Assembly: GCA_020249045.1 (NCBI GenBank)
Contig: JADCGK010000014.1
Coordinates: 2,650 to 66,649, forward strand
Origin: Azospirillum sp.
Lineage (GTDB): Bacteria; Pseudomonadota; Alphaproteobacteria; CACIAM-22H2
Direction of reading: 5' to 3'
Length of the DNA stretch: 64,000 nt
The translations under genes were made by a program, and so were the position numbers. The number at the start of each line of letters is the position of its first letter. Position 1 is the first letter of the stretch. Of this stretch, positions 37,585-48,313 are shown in pieces. The notes under the pieces are model-generated. The model did no database searches and was not told where the DNA came from. It saw only the letters and a list, made by a program, of their open reading frames with translations.

Positions 37585-38493
37585 TTACTTCTTGGCGGGA
37601 ATGTCGAGTTGCTTTTGCGGCAGAGCCACGACCTCCGCCGGCGCGCGCGCCTGGGTCAGCAACCCGAGCAGCTTGCCGATCGTCGCGCGAAGTTCGTGGC
37701 GGTGCACCACCATGTCGACCATGCCGTGGTCGAGCAGGTATTCGGCCTTCTGGAAGCCGGCGGGCAATTTCTCGCGGATCGTCTCCTCGATCACGCGCGC
37801 GCCCGCGAAACCGATCGTCGCGCCGGGCTCGGCGATGGCGACGTCGCCCAGCATGGCGAAACTGGCCGACACGCCGCCGGTCGTCGGATCGGTCAGCAAC
37901 ACGATGTAGGGCAGGCCCGCTTCCTTGACTTCCTCGGCCGCGATCACCGTGCGCGGCAACTGCATCAGGGACAGAATGCCTTCCTGCATGCGCGCGCCGC
38001 CCGAGGCGGGCACGACGATCAAGGCGGCCTGCTGCAGCACGGCCAGGCGCGCGGCGGCGAGCAGCGCTTCGCCGACCGCGATCCCCATCGAGCCGCCCTG
38101 GAATTCGAAATCGAACGCCGCGATCACGGACGGCGCGCCGCCGACGCGGCCATGCGCCACCAGGATCGCGTCCTGTTCGCCGGTCTTCTCGCGCGCGGCC
38201 TTCAAACGGTCGGCATATTTCTTCTGATCGCGGAACTTCAGCGGGTCCTGGATCGTCTTGGGCAATTCGATGCGCGCATAGGCGCCGTCGTCGAATAGCG
38301 TTTCCAGCCGGCGCTTGGCGGGCAAACGCATGTGGTGCCCGCAATGGGTGCAGACGCGCTGGTTCGCCTCCAGATCGCGGTGGAAGATCATCTTCCCGCA
38401 CGCCGGGCAGGTGTCCCACAGATTGTCCGGCACCTCCGTCTTGCGGACGAGGGCGCGGATCTTCGGACGGACGAAGTTGGTCAGCCAGCTCAT
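37585..38493 (-). CDS. accD: Acetyl-CoA carboxylase carboxyltransferase beta subunit
   Basis: N-terminal zinc ribbon ([26 protein letters not shown]) plus the carboxyltransferase domain. Confidence 0.9.
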   Translation of the reverse strand: MSWLTNFVRPKIRALVRKTEVPDNLWDTCPACGKMIFHRDLEANQRVCTHCGHHMRLPAKRRLETLFDDGAYARIELPKTIQDPLKFRDQKKYADRLKAAREKTGEQDAILVAHGRVGGAPSVIAAFDFEFQGGSMGIAVGEALLAAARLAVLQQAALIVVPASGGARMQEGILSLMQLPRTVIAAEEVKEAGLPYIVLLTDPTTGGVSASFAMLGDVAIAEPGATIGFAGARVIEETIREKLPAGFQKAEYLLDHGMVDMVVHRHELRATIGKLLGLLTQARAPAEVVALPQKQLDIPAKK

Positions 38494-39317
38494 GCCGCAC
38501 TCGACTTGGCGCGCGCCCCGCGCACGGCGGCCGAAAGCGCGCGCACCAGCGCGTGCAACGGCGCCACGGGGTCGGATTTGGCGGCGATCGCGTCGGCGAC
38601 CGTCTGGACGAGCGCCGAGCCCACGACGGCCGCGTCCGCGTGCTTGGCGATCGCGGCGGCACCGTCCGGCGTCTTGATGCCGAAGCCCACGGCGACCGGC
38701 AGTTTCGTGTGCCGCTTGATGCGCGCGACGGCCGCTTGCACGTCGCCCGCCGCGGCCGATTTGGTGCCCGTGACGCCGAGCACGGCGACGTAATAGAGGA
38801 AGCCCGACGCGCCTTCGAGCACGACCGGCAAGCGCTTGTCGTCGGTCGTGGGCGTGGCCAGGCGCACGAGATCGAGGCCCGCGGCCTTGGCGTAGGGGCG
38901 CAATTCCGAGTCTTCCTCGGGCGGCAGATCGACGACGATCAAGCCGTCCGCGCCCGCGGCGGCCGCGTCCTTGCAGAAGCGTTCGGGCCCGTAGATGTAG
39001 ATCGGATTGAAATAGCCCATCAGCACGACCGGCGTCGTGCGGTCCTTGGCGCGGAAGGCGCGCAGGATATCGAGCGTGCCGCGCGTGGATGCGCCTTGGG
39101 CGAGCGCGCGTAAGCCCGCGGCCTGGATCGCCGGACCGTCGGCCATCGGATCGGAGAAGGGCAGGCCCAATTCGATCACGTCGGCGCCCGCGGCCGGCAG
39201 GCCGTCGACGATCGCTTGCGCGGTCGCGGCGTCCGGATCGCCGGCCATGACGTAGGTCACGAGGCCCGCGCGGCCCTCGGCCGACAGCTTGGCGAAAGTG
39301 GCGGCGAGGCGGCTCAT
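38490..39317 (-). CDS. trpA: Tryptophan synthase alpha chain
   Basis: [19 protein letters not shown] and [14 protein letters not shown] overlap with trpB. Confidence 0.9.
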   Translation of the reverse strand: MSRLAATFAKLSAEGRAGLVTYVMAGDPDAATAQAIVDGLPAAGADVIELGLPFSDPMADGPAIQAAGLRALAQGASTRGTLDILRAFRAKDRTTPVVLMGYFNPIYIYGPERFCKDAAAAGADGLIVVDLPPEEDSELRPYAKAAGLDLVRLATPTTDDKRLPVVLEGASGFLYYVAVLGVTGTKSAAAGDVQAAVARIKRHTKLPVAVGFGIKTPDGAAAIAKHADAAVVGSALVQTVADAIAAKSDPVAPLHALVRALSAAVRGARAKSSAA

Positions 39318-40525
39318 AGCTTCACGCCCAGACGTTCGGCCAGCGCGAAGATATCCTTGTCGCCGCGCCCGCACAGATTCATGACGACGATCTTGTCCTT
39401 GGACATTTTGGGCGCGATCCGCGCCACATGCGCCAGCGCGTGCGCGGGTTCGAGCGCCGGCAGGATCCCCTCGGTGCGCGCGCACAGCTTGAAGCCCTCG
39501 ATCGCGTCCTCGTCGGTTGCCGCGACGTAGTTCACGCGCTTGATCTCGTGCAGCCAGGCGTGTTCCGGGCCGATGCCGGGATAGTCGAGCCCGGCGGAGA
39601 TCGAGTGCGCCTCCTGGATCTGGCCATCGTCGTCCATCAACAGATAGGTGCGATTGCCGTGCAGCACGCCGGGCTTGCCGCCTTGCAGAGAAGCCGCGTG
39701 CTTGCCCGTGCCGAGCCCAAGCCCCGCGGCCTCCACCGCGTCCATCGCGACCTCGCGGTCGTCGAGGAAGGGATGGAACAGCCCCATGGCGTTCGATCCG
39801 CCGCCGATGCAGGCGACCAGCAGATCGGGCAGGCGGCCTTCGGCTTCGAGCATCTGGGCGCGGGCCTCGCGGCCGATCACGGACTGGAAATCGCGCACCA
39901 TCGCCGGGTAGGGATGGGGGCCCGCGACCGTGCCGATGATGTAGAACGTGTCCTCGACATTCGCGACCCAGTCGCGCAGCGCGTCGTTGAGCGCGTCCTT
40001 CAGCGTGCCGGTCCCCGACGTGACGGGACGCACTTCGGCGCCGAGCATCTTCATGCGGAAGACGTTGGGCGCTTGGCGCTCGATGTCGGTGGCGCCCATG
40101 TAGACGACGCATTTCAACCCGAACAGCGCGCAGACGGTGGCGGTCGCCACGCCGTGCTGGCCCGCTCCGGTTTCGGCGATGATGCGCGTCTTGCCCATGC
40201 GCTTGGCCAGCAGGATCTGGCCCATCGTGTTGTTGATCTTGTGCGAGCCGGTATGGTTCAGCTCGTCGCGCTTGAAATAGACCTTGGCGCCGCCCAGTTC
40301 GGCGGTCAGCCGTTCGGCGAACCACAGCGGCGACGGCCGCCCGACGTAATCCTTCAGATAGCGGTCGAGCTCGGCCTGGAAGGCCGGATCCTTCTTCGCG
40401 GCCTCGTAGGCGCGCTCGACGTCGAGGATCAACGGCATCAGCGTTTCGGCGACGTAGCGTCCGCCGAAAATGCCGAAATGCCCGCGCTCGTCCGGGCCGG
40501 CGCGGAAGGAGTTCAAAGCGGTCAT
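39314..40525 (-). CDS. trpB: Tryptophan synthase beta chain
   Basis: [27 protein letters not shown] (PLP Lys) and GGGSNAMG. Confidence 0.95.
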   Translation of the reverse strand: MTALNSFRAGPDERGHFGIFGGRYVAETLMPLILDVERAYEAAKKDPAFQAELDRYLKDYVGRPSPLWFAERLTAELGGAKVYFKRDELNHTGSHKINNTMGQILLAKRMGKTRIIAETGAGQHGVATATVCALFGLKCVVYMGATDIERQAPNVFRMKMLGAEVRPVTSGTGTLKDALNDALRDWVANVEDTFYIIGTVAGPHPYPAMVRDFQSVIGREARAQMLEAEGRLPDLLVACIGGGSNAMGLFHPFLDDREVAMDAVEAAGLGLGTGKHAASLQGGKPGVLHGNRTYLLMDDDGQIQEAHSISAGLDYPGIGPEHAWLHEIKRVNYVAATDEDAIEGFKLCARTEGILPALEPAHALAHVARIAPKMSKDKIVVMNLCGRGDKDIFALAERLGVKL

Positions 40526-40558
40526 GGCGCCAGGGTTATAGCCCGGGCCAATTCAGGG

Positions 40559-41209
40559 TCAAACCCCCGATTTCCGCGCCGCCTTCACGAATTCCACGAT
40601 CAATTCCGGGGACTTGACGCCCGGCGCGCGTTCCACGCCCGAGGACACGTCGACTTCCCGTGCGCCCGATACGCCGATCGCCCGGGCGACGTTGTCCGGC
40701 GTCAGGCCGCCCGACAGCATCCACGGCATCGCGAAGGCGGCGCCCGTCAGGATCGACCAATCGAAGCTGACGGCGTTTCCGCCCGGCAAAGCGCCGGGCC
40801 GTTTCGGCGGTTTGGCGTCGAACAAGACGCGTTCGACGGCACCCGCGTAGTCGGTCGCCCGGGCGAGGTCGGCCTTTTCGGACACGCCCAGCGCCTTCAT
40901 GACCGGTATGCCGAACTTGGCGGCGACCGCGCGGCAGCGTTCGGGCGTTTCCCGCCCGTGCAGTTGCAAAAGGCCCGGGCGCAGAGCGGTGACGATCGGG
41001 CCCAACACGTCGTCATCCGCGTCGACGACCAGTGCGACGCGGCGCACGGCGGCGGGCAAGAGAGCGGCCAAGGCCGCGGCTTGGGCGGGCGTCACGTTGC
41101 GCGGCGAGGGCGCGAAAAACACGAACCCCGCGTATTCGGCGCCCGCTTGGGCGACCGCGCGCGCGGCCTCGGCCGAATTCACCCCGCAGATCTTGACCGC
41201 CGCACTCAT
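40559..41209 (-). CDS. trpF: Phosphoribosylanthranilate isomerase
   Basis: VKICGV...GAEYAGFVF...SPR and LQLHG. Position upstream of trpBA supports the call. Confidence 0.85.
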   Translation of the reverse strand: MSAAVKICGVNSAEAARAVAQAGAEYAGFVFFAPSPRNVTPAQAAALAALLPAAVRRVALVVDADDDVLGPIVTALRPGLLQLHGRETPERCRAVAAKFGIPVMKALGVSEKADLARATDYAGAVERVLFDAKPPKRPGALPGGNAVSFDWSILTGAAFAMPWMLSGGLTPDNVARAIGVSGAREVDVSSGVERAPGVKSPELIVEFVKAARKSGV

Positions 41210-41913
41210 GCCCCGATCTCGGCCAGAATCCGGGCGAGTGCGGTTTTGGGATCCTCGGCTTGGGTGATCGGCCGGCCGATCACCAGATGATCGGCCCCCA
41301 GCGCCACCGCCTCGGCCGGGGTCATGATCCGCTTTTGATCGCCCGCGTCGGCCCAGGCGGGCCGGATGCCGGGCACGACGAGCTTGAAGCCCGGCCCGCA
41401 CGCCTTGCGCAGCCGCGCGATTTCGTGCGGCGAGCACACCACGCCGTCCAGTCCCGCTTCGCGCGCGAGCACCGCCAAGCGTTCGGCCTGATCCGCCGTC
41501 GGCCCGCGTTGGCCGATCGCGTCGAGATCCGCGTCGTCCAAACTGGTCAGCACCGTGATTCCGAGCAAGGCGGGGCGCTTGGCGCCGGCCTCGGCCGCCG
41601 CCTTGGCCGCCGCGCGCATCATCCCGGGCCCGCCCGACGCGTGGATGGTCAAGAACAGCGGCGCGCACGCACTCGCCGAGCGCACGCCGCCCGCCACGGT
41701 ATTGGGAATGTCGTGAAGTTTCAGATCGAGGAACAGCGGCCGCGCGCCCGCGACCTGGCGCACGCCGTCGGGTCCTTGCGCGACGAAGAACTCGAGGCCG
41801 AGTTTGACCGCGTAGCCGTGCGTACCCAGCCGCGCGAGATCGAGTTCGGCCTCGGCGCGCGAAGGCCGGTCGACGGCGACGAAAATCCGGGGCGGTTGGG
41901 CTGCCGAGGACAT
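41206..41913 (-). CDS. pyrF: Orotidine 5'-phosphate decarboxylase
   Basis: IFVAVD, FLDLKLHDIPNTV, VLTS and LVIGRPIT. Confidence 0.85.
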   Translation of the reverse strand: MSSAAQPPRIFVAVDRPSRAEAELDLARLGTHGYAVKLGLEFFVAQGPDGVRQVAGARPLFLDLKLHDIPNTVAGGVRSASACAPLFLTIHASGGPGMMRAAAKAAAEAGAKRPALLGITVLTSLDDADLDAIGQRGPTADQAERLAVLAREAGLDGVVCSPHEIARLRKACGPGFKLVVPGIRPAWADAGDQKRIMTPAEAVALGADHLVIGRPITQAEDPKTALARILAEIGA

Positions 41914-41982
41914 TGCAATGGACCTTCCGTTGGGCGATAGGGATGCCGTCATACCCCATTTCCGGCCAAGATCGCTTCCGCC

Positions 41983-43173
41983 ATGCTCCGATTCAAGACC
42001 CTCGACGGCCTCGACGTTTCCGGCAAGCGCGTGCTCGTGCGCGCGGACCTCAACGTGCCCATGCAAGATGGCCGCGTTTCCGACGCGACGCGCATCGCGC
42101 GGTTCGCGCCGACGGCGGTGGAACTGGCCGGAAAGGGCGCGAAGGTCGTGGTCATATCGCATTTCGGCCGGCCCAAGGGGCGCGATGCAAGCCAGTCGCT
42201 GGCCCCTTTGGCCCCGGAGCTCGCGCGCGCCTGCGCGGCGAACGTGGTTTTCGCGGCCGATTGCGTGGGCGAGGCGGCGGCCAAAGCGGTCGCCGGCCTG
42301 TCGCCGGGCGGGATCGCGCTGCTGGAGAACCTGCGTTTCCACGCCGGCGAGGAGAAGAACGACGCTGCTTTCGCCAAGGCGCTCGCCGCACTCGGCGACC
42401 TTTACGTCAACGATGCGTTTTCGTGCGCCCATCGCGCCCATGCGTCGACCGAAGGGATCGCCCGGTTGCTGCCGTCCTATGCGGGCCGTTTGATGCAGGC
42501 CGAACTGGACGCGCTCGGCAAGGCGCTCGAAAACCCGAAGCGGCCGGTCGCAGCCGTCGTCGGCGGGGCGAAGGTTTCGACCAAGCTCGAACTGATCGGC
42601 AATCTTCTGAACCGGGTGGATGTGCTCGCCATCGGCGGCGGCATGGCCAATACGTTTCTGTACGCCAAGGGCGTCGATATCGGCCGTTCGCTGTGCGAGC
42701 GGGAAATGGCCGAAACCGCGCGGCGGATCCTCGCCGACGCCGAGACGGCCGGCAAACAGATCGTCCTGCCGGTCGATGCGGTCGTGGCGGGCGCGCTGAC
42801 CGATGCCGCCGGTGCGGAAACCGTGGCCATCGGCCGCGTGCCGTCGGACAAGATGATTCTCGATATCGGACCGCTGAGCGTGGCCGAAACGCTGCGGATT
42901 TTCGACGCCGCGAAGACGCTGGTGTGGAACGGCCCCGTCGGCGCCTTCGAGCATGCGCCGTTCGACAAGGGCACGGTCGAACTCGCCCGGGGGGTCGCCG
43001 CGCGCAGCCAAGCGGGCAAGCTTTTGTCGGTGGCGGGTGGCGGGGATACCGTCGCGGCGCTCGCCCATGCCGGGGTCGAGGACAAGTTCTCGTACGTTTC
43101 GACCGCGGGGGGCGCCTTCCTCGAATGGCTCGAAGGCAAGGAATTGCCGGGCGTCGCGGCGCTGGCGGGCTGA
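41983..43173 (+). CDS. pgk: Phosphoglycerate kinase
   Basis: [24 protein letters not shown] and GGGDT. Confidence 0.95.
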   Translation: MLRFKTLDGLDVSGKRVLVRADLNVPMQDGRVSDATRIARFAPTAVELAGKGAKVVVISHFGRPKGRDASQSLAPLAPELARACAANVVFAADCVGEAAAKAVAGLSPGGIALLENLRFHAGEEKNDAAFAKALAALGDLYVNDAFSCAHRAHASTEGIARLLPSYAGRLMQAELDALGKALENPKRPVAAVVGGAKVSTKLELIGNLLNRVDVLAIGGGMANTFLYAKGVDIGRSLCEREMAETARRILADAETAGKQIVLPVDAVVAGALTDAAGAETVAIGRVPSDKMILDIGPLSVAETLRIFDAAKTLVWNGPVGAFEHAPFDKGTVELARGVAARSQAGKLLSVAGGGDTVAALAHAGVEDKFSYVSTAGGAFLEWLEGKELPGVAALAG

Positions 43174-43174
43174 A

Positions 43175-43921
43175 CTACAGGCCGCGCAGGATCATGTTCG
43201 TGCCGCCGACGAAGACGACGGCGAGCACGATCAAGCGCAAGACCGCCGGCGCCAAGAGGCCGCGCACGCGCTGGCCGATCGCCATGCCCGCGAACAGCGG
43301 CGGAACGCAGGCCAGCGACAGCAGCATCGTGGCGCCGGCCGGATTCTGCAGACTCAGTACGGCCAGAAACAGCGTCGCCGATCCGGCCGTGTAAAGCACC
43401 GACACCGCCTTGACGAAAACCGCCGGCGTCAGCCGCAAGCCCGTCAGGTACAGCGCCAAAGCCGGGCCGAACAACGTGGTCAAGCCGCCCAATACGCCGC
43501 CCGAAAGGCCGGTCAACGGTCCCAGCCAGCGTTCGGCGGGGCGCGGAATCTCGAAATTCGGCGCCATCGCGGTGGCGACGGAGGCCAGACAGACGAAAAC
43601 GCCCGCCACGACCAGCAAGGTCGCGTCGGGCAACGTACCCGCCAGCGACACGCCGATCAGAATCCCTGCGACCAAACCCGCCACGACCGGCGCCACACGG
43701 CCCACGACCTCGCGCGTGCCGTGGCCTTGCCAAGCCTGCAGCACGTTGGACAGGAACAGCGGCAAAGCCAGCAATTGGACCGCTTCGCGCACGTCGTAGA
43801 ACACCACCAACACCGGCAGCACGACCAGCGGCGTGCCGATGCCGATGACGCCCTTGACGAGCCCGCCCGCGAGCAACGCGCAGGCGGCGGCGATCAACGG
43901 AATGTAGGCGGGATCCAGCAT
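43175..43921 (-). CDS. TauE/SafE (DUF81) family membrane transporter
   Basis: 248 aa from MLDPAY. Multi-TM with G-rich helices (GVIGIGTPLVVLP; GGVLGGLTT). The upstream extension in the track is R/P-rich and looks non-coding. Confidence 0.75.
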   Translation of the reverse strand: MLDPAYIPLIAAACALLAGGLVKGVIGIGTPLVVLPVLVVFYDVREAVQLLALPLFLSNVLQAWQGHGTREVVGRVAPVVAGLVAGILIGVSLAGTLPDATLLVVAGVFVCLASVATAMAPNFEIPRPAERWLGPLTGLSGGVLGGLTTLFGPALALYLTGLRLTPAVFVKAVSVLYTAGSATLFLAVLSLQNPAGATMLLSLACVPPLFAGMAIGQRVRGLLAPAVLRLIVLAVVFVGGTNMILRGL

Positions 43922-44220
43922 GCTCAGATCGCGGGCCCGGCCGGGCGCGGCCCGCGGCGAAACTTCGTCATGGGCGGGGACGCTAACACCTTCGCCGCCC
44001 CGCCCGAAAGCGGTTCGGGGTGGGCGGTGCGTTCCGGCGGGCGAAATACCCCGCCTCGGGCCAGGGGTACCCGGCATACGGATGTGTGCGGCACGAAAAC
44101 GGGTGGGCGCGGGTACGGAACTGTCTCGGCGTCCGGTCATAGGGTGGCAATGGGCGCCACAAATGTATGCCGGCGCCCGCCGCGATCCGCGTTTTCGAAG
44201 TTTCCATTTTCGGAGAGCCC

Positions 44221-44562
44221 ATGGCCATCGCCCGTTCGACCCGCCGTTCCGCCGCGCCCCGCAAGCCGCTCGCCGCCAAAAAGGGCCGCGCGCCGCTGGT
44301 GACGACCAATCGCCCCCGGACCTTCCGCGTTTCCGAGGATCGGCGGACCTCGGTCCGGCTCGAGCCGTCGTTTTGGGAGGCGCTGCGCGCGGCGGCGGCG
44401 ATGGACGGCCTGTCGCCGGCCGAATGGGCTCAAGAGCGGGGCGTATTCGACCGGCCGCGCGCGCGGTCTTCGGCCTTGCGTGTGGCGTTGCTGGAGTTTT
44501 TCGTCACCCAGTCGCGCAAATCGAGCGCCAAGCGCGGTGCGGCGCGACGGGTCTCGGCGTAA
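44221..44562 (+). CDS. Ribbon-helix-helix domain protein (RHH_4 / PF13467-like)
   Basis: SVRLEPSFWEALRAAAAMDGLSPAEW...ALRVALLEFF resembles the conserved alphaproteobacterial RHH_4 family. Function unknown. Confidence 0.6.
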   Translation: MAIARSTRRSAAPRKPLAAKKGRAPLVTTNRPRTFRVSEDRRTSVRLEPSFWEALRAAAAMDGLSPAEWAQERGVFDRPRARSSALRVALLEFFVTQSRKSSAKRGAARRVSA

Positions 44563-44592
44563 CGCGCGAATCCTTGCTACCCTGCCCGGAGC

Positions 44593-45672
44593 ATGCCGGT
44601 TCTGGGCGCCATCAGCGGCACGTCGATGGATGGCATCGACGTCGCCTTGCTCGATACCGACGGCGAGGCGCCCGGCCGGGCCCTCGCCGGGCGGACCTAT
44701 CCTTACGACGCGGCGCTGCGCGCGGCGTTGCTCGATCTTGCCGCGGATCCCGCCCGCGCCGAAAACGGCGATCTCGCCGAGATCGAAGCGGCAGTCACGC
44801 GCGCTCATGTTGAGGCCGCGCGGGCACTGATCGCGGAGTCCGGCGTGGCGCCCGCCCGCGTGACGCTGGCGGGGCTGCACGGGCAGACGATCCTTCACCG
44901 GCCCGAGCGCGGCTATACCCGCCAACTTCTCGACGGCGCCCTGGCCACGCGGTTGTTGGGCATGCCGGTCGTCGCGCGGTTCCGGCACGCGGACATGGCC
45001 GCAGGCGGGCAAGGCGCGCCGCTTGCCCCGCTTTACCACCGCGCACTCGCCCGCGATCTGCCGGGGCCTTTGATGGTGCTCAATCTCGGCGGCGTGGCGA
45101 ACGTGACCTATCTCGACGGCGAAACCGTGATCGCCTTCGACACCGGGCCCGCGTCGGCGCCGCTCGACGATTTCGTGCGCGCGCGGCGCGGTCTCGCCTA
45201 CGACGCCAACGGCGCGCTCGCCGCCGCCGGCCGCCCCGACATCGCCACCGTCGAAACCCTGATGGCGCTGCCCTTCTTCGCGGCACCTCCGCCCAAATCG
45301 TTGGATCGGAACGATTTTCACGCCTACGCGCGTGCGGTCGAGCGCCTGTCGGACGCCGATGGTGCCGCCACGCTCGCCGCCTTCACGGTCGCGTCGATCG
45401 CCGCGGCGCGCAGGCACGTGCCCCGCGCGCCGCGCCGCTGGCTGGTCGCCGGCGGCGGACGACGCAACGCCTTCTTCATGGACCGGTTGCGCGCCGAATT
45501 GGCCGTGCCGGTCGATCCGGTCGAAACCGTCGGCTGGGACGGCGACTTCCTCGAAGCGCAATTGTTCGCATGGCTTGCGGCGCGCGCGCGCCGGGGCTTG
45601 CCGCTCAGCCTGCCCAGCACGACCGGCTGCCGCGTGCCCACGACCGGCGGCGAATTTTTCGAGGCCGCCTGA
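44593..45672 (+). CDS. anmK: Anhydro-N-acetylmuramic acid kinase
   Basis: GAISGTSMDGIDVAL, GLHGQTI.H.P, FR..DMAAGGQGAPL and NLGG.AN. Confidence 0.85.
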   Translation: MPVLGAISGTSMDGIDVALLDTDGEAPGRALAGRTYPYDAALRAALLDLAADPARAENGDLAEIEAAVTRAHVEAARALIAESGVAPARVTLAGLHGQTILHRPERGYTRQLLDGALATRLLGMPVVARFRHADMAAGGQGAPLAPLYHRALARDLPGPLMVLNLGGVANVTYLDGETVIAFDTGPASAPLDDFVRARRGLAYDANGALAAAGRPDIATVETLMALPFFAAPPPKSLDRNDFHAYARAVERLSDADGAATLAAFTVASIAAARRHVPRAPRRWLVAGGGRRNAFFMDRLRAELAVPVDPVETVGWDGDFLEAQLFAWLAARARRGLPLSLPSTTGCRVPTTGGEFFEAA

Positions 45673-45673
45673 C

Positions 45674-46450
45674 ATGCCCCGGTTCTGCGCGAATCTCGAT
45701 TGGCTTTATCTCGACCGGCCGCTGCTCGAACGCCCGGCGGCGGCCGCGCGCGATGGCTTCGCGGGCGTCGAGTTTCTGCGCCCCTACGCCGTGCCGGCAG
45801 AAGTGCTGGCGACCGCCGTCCGGACCGCGGGTGTTGCGACCGCGCTCGTCAACGCGCCCGCCGGCGATTGGGAGAAGGGCGAGCGTGGGCTCGCGGCCCT
45901 GCCCGGACGCGAAGCCGATTTCGATGCGAGTCTCGACTCCGCCTTCGCCTACGCGCGCGCGCTCGGTGCGCCGCTCGTGCACGTCATGGCCGGGATCGTC
46001 CCCGCCGGGGTGGCGCGCGACGCCGCCCGCGCCGCTTACCTTGCCAATCTGCGCCATGCCGCCGCCCGCGCCGCGCGCGAAGGCGTGCGCCTGACGATCG
46101 AGCCGATCAACCCCTTCGACATGCCCGGTTATTTCCTGAGCCGGCAGGACGAAGCGCACGCCATCGTCGGCGAAATCGGGCCAGCGACGCTCGGTGTGCA
46201 GATGGATTTCTACCATTGCCAGATGCTCGAAGGCGGGCTCGCGCGCAAATTCGAGGACGGGGCTGCGCGCGTTTTCCACGTCCAGATCGCCGGCGTTCCC
46301 GGCCGCAACGAACCCGACACGGGCGAGATCGCCTATCCCTATCTGTTCGACCTGATGGACCGGCTGGGCTATAGGGGATGGGTGGGCTGCGAATACAAGC
46401 CGCGCGGCGCCACGTCCGACGGCCTCGGCTGGATGAAGGCTTGGCGATGA
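45674..46450 (+). CDS. hyi: Hydroxypyruvate isomerase family (xylose-isomerase-like TIM barrel)
   Basis: MPRFCANLDWLY, GF.GVEFL.PY, IEPIN, DFYHCQ and GWVGCEYKP. Confidence 0.8.
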   Translation: MPRFCANLDWLYLDRPLLERPAAAARDGFAGVEFLRPYAVPAEVLATAVRTAGVATALVNAPAGDWEKGERGLAALPGREADFDASLDSAFAYARALGAPLVHVMAGIVPAGVARDAARAAYLANLRHAAARAAREGVRLTIEPINPFDMPGYFLSRQDEAHAIVGEIGPATLGVQMDFYHCQMLEGGLARKFEDGAARVFHVQIAGVPGRNEPDTGEIAYPYLFDLMDRLGYRGWVGCEYKPRGATSDGLGWMKAWR

Positions 46451-46947
46451 CCGCAATCCGCAAACTCCTGCCCGCGACGCTGACGCGCGCGAATTTCGCG
46501 CCCTTTGGCGAGGCCATCCTGCCCGCCCCGGACGGCGCGCCCTTGCCCGGGCACGAAGCCGAAGGGCTCGATCTGAGCCGCGGGCGTCCGCGCTTTTACG
46601 TGATGCGTCTGGAGGGGCGCGGCCTCGGTTTCCGGGCGATCACCCGGCATCGCCGGGTCACGCAGTGCCTTGCCTCCACGCGGGGCGAAGATTGGTATCT
46701 GGGCGTGGCCCCGCCCAAGGCGCTCGACGACCCGGACGCCAAGCCCGCGCTCGATGACATTGTCGCCTTCAAGGTGCCCGGCGGACTGGCGATCAAATTG
46801 CACGCCGGCACGTGGCATGCGGGCCCGTTCTTCCGCGCGCCGACGATGGATTTCTTCAACCTCGAACTCGCGGACACGAACGAGGTCGACCACCATACCG
46901 TGGCGCTCGACCGCGACTACGCCACGACGTTCGAGTTCGACGTTTAG
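46447..46947 (+). CDS. Ureidoglycolate lyase (AllA) family protein
   Basis: FAPFGEAI, ITRHRRVTQCL and HAGTWHAGPFF parallel the AllA motifs. ATGA overlap with hyi. Confidence 0.65.
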   Translation: MTAIRKLLPATLTRANFAPFGEAILPAPDGAPLPGHEAEGLDLSRGRPRFYVMRLEGRGLGFRAITRHRRVTQCLASTRGEDWYLGVAPPKALDDPDAKPALDDIVAFKVPGGLAIKLHAGTWHAGPFFRAPTMDFFNLELADTNEVDHHTVALDRDYATTFEFDV

Positions 46948-48218
46948 GTCTTCGCCGGAGGCGTCAGCACGTCCTTGCCCAAGAACGGGCGCAGGACCTT
47001 GGGCACCGCGATCGTGCCGTCGGCGCGCTGGTTGTTCTCCAAAATCGCGATCATCGCGCGGCCCAACGCGATCGCCGTGCCGTTCAGCGTGTGCGCGTAA
47101 AGCGGCTTTTCCTTCGGTCCGGTGCGATAGCGGATATTGAGCCGCCGCGCCTGGAACTCCGTGCAATTCGACGTCGACGTGATCTCGCCGAATTCCCCGC
47201 CGTCGCCCCGGCCGGGCATCCAGGCTTCCAGGTCGTATTTCCGGTACGCCGCGGCGCCGAGATCGCCCGTGCAGATGTCGAGCACGCGATAGGGGATTTC
47301 CAGCGCGTCGAAGATGTCGCGTTCGTTGGCGAGCAATTCCCGGTGCAGCGCCTCCGAGTTTTCGGGCGGCGCGATCACCACCATCTCCACCTTGGTGAAC
47401 TGGTGGACGCGGTAAAGCCCGCGCGTCGCCCGGCCCGCCGCGCGCTCGGTGCGGAAGCAATGCGATACGCCCGCGATGCGGATCGGCAGATCTTTGGCGT
47501 CGAGAATCGTGTCCTGGTAGAGCCCGCAGAGCGTGATCTCCGACGTCGCGATCAGCGAAAGCTCGGTTTCCTCGATATGGTAGGTGTTGGTTTCGTTGCC
47601 GCGCGGCACGAAGCCCGTGCCCATCAGAACCGAATCGCGCGCGATGTCGGGCGTGATATGCGGCACGTAGCCGCGTTGGGCGAGGAAATTGACGGCGAAA
47701 TTCTGCAGCGCCAATTCCAGCAGCGCCCCGTCGCCCTTGAGGAAATAGAAGCCCGGCCCCGCGACCTTCGAGCCGCCTTCGGTGTCGATGATGCCGTGCA
47801 GGTCGCCGAGCGCGACATGGTCGCGCGGCTTGAAGTCGAAAGCCGGGATCGGAACGGCGTTGCGCGCGATTTCCTTGTTGTCCTTGTCGTCGCGGCCGAT
47901 GGGGGACTCCGGATGGGTCAGATTCGGAATGCGGATGAGCAGGGCGTCGGCTTCCGCCGCCAGCCGGTCCGCTTCGGCCTTCAGCGCCTCGCGCTTCTCG
48001 CGCAGGGCCTTGCCCTGCTCGCGCTTCTGATCGACCGACAGATCCTTGGCCGAGGCGAGCGCGTTGGCCGCGGCTTGGGCCTCCTGCAGCGCCTTGTCGG
48101 CGGCGCGACGCGCGGTTTCGGCCGAAACGAAGGCCGCGACATCGACGTCGACGCCGCGATTGCGGCAGTTTTCGGCGACTTTGTCGGCGTGGGCGAGGAT
48201 GTAGGCGCGGTCGAGCAT
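46944..48218 (-). CDS. serS: Seryl-tRNA synthetase
   Basis: N-terminal coiled coil plus class II motifs (FRTERAAGRATRGLYRVHQF.KVE; GEITS.SNCT.FQARRL). Confidence 0.95.
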   Translation of the reverse strand: MLDRAYILAHADKVAENCRNRGVDVDVAAFVSAETARRAADKALQEAQAAANALASAKDLSVDQKREQGKALREKREALKAEADRLAAEADALLIRIPNLTHPESPIGRDDKDNKEIARNAVPIPAFDFKPRDHVALGDLHGIIDTEGGSKVAGPGFYFLKGDGALLELALQNFAVNFLAQRGYVPHITPDIARDSVLMGTGFVPRGNETNTYHIEETELSLIATSEITLCGLYQDTILDAKDLPIRIAGVSHCFRTERAAGRATRGLYRVHQFTKVEMVVIAPPENSEALHRELLANERDIFDALEIPYRVLDICTGDLGAAAYRKYDLEAWMPGRGDGGEFGEITSTSNCTEFQARRLNIRYRTGPKEKPLYAHTLNGTAIALGRAMIAILENNQRADGTIAVPKVLRPFLGKDVLTPPAKT

Positions 48219-48313
48219 GGCGGGTCCGGGAACGGATTGTTGCGATCCAAGAACCGCTTAGCATGGGTGCCTGGACCCTTGCCAGAGGCGGGGATTTGCC
48301 CCAGTTTCCGGGC

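Noticed and set aside
43922-44140. 73-codon N-terminal extension of the TauE/SafE ORF.
   Set aside because: The extension is Arg/Pro/Gly-rich with no TM segment. The family normally starts right at the first TM helix (MLDPAYIPLIAAA...).
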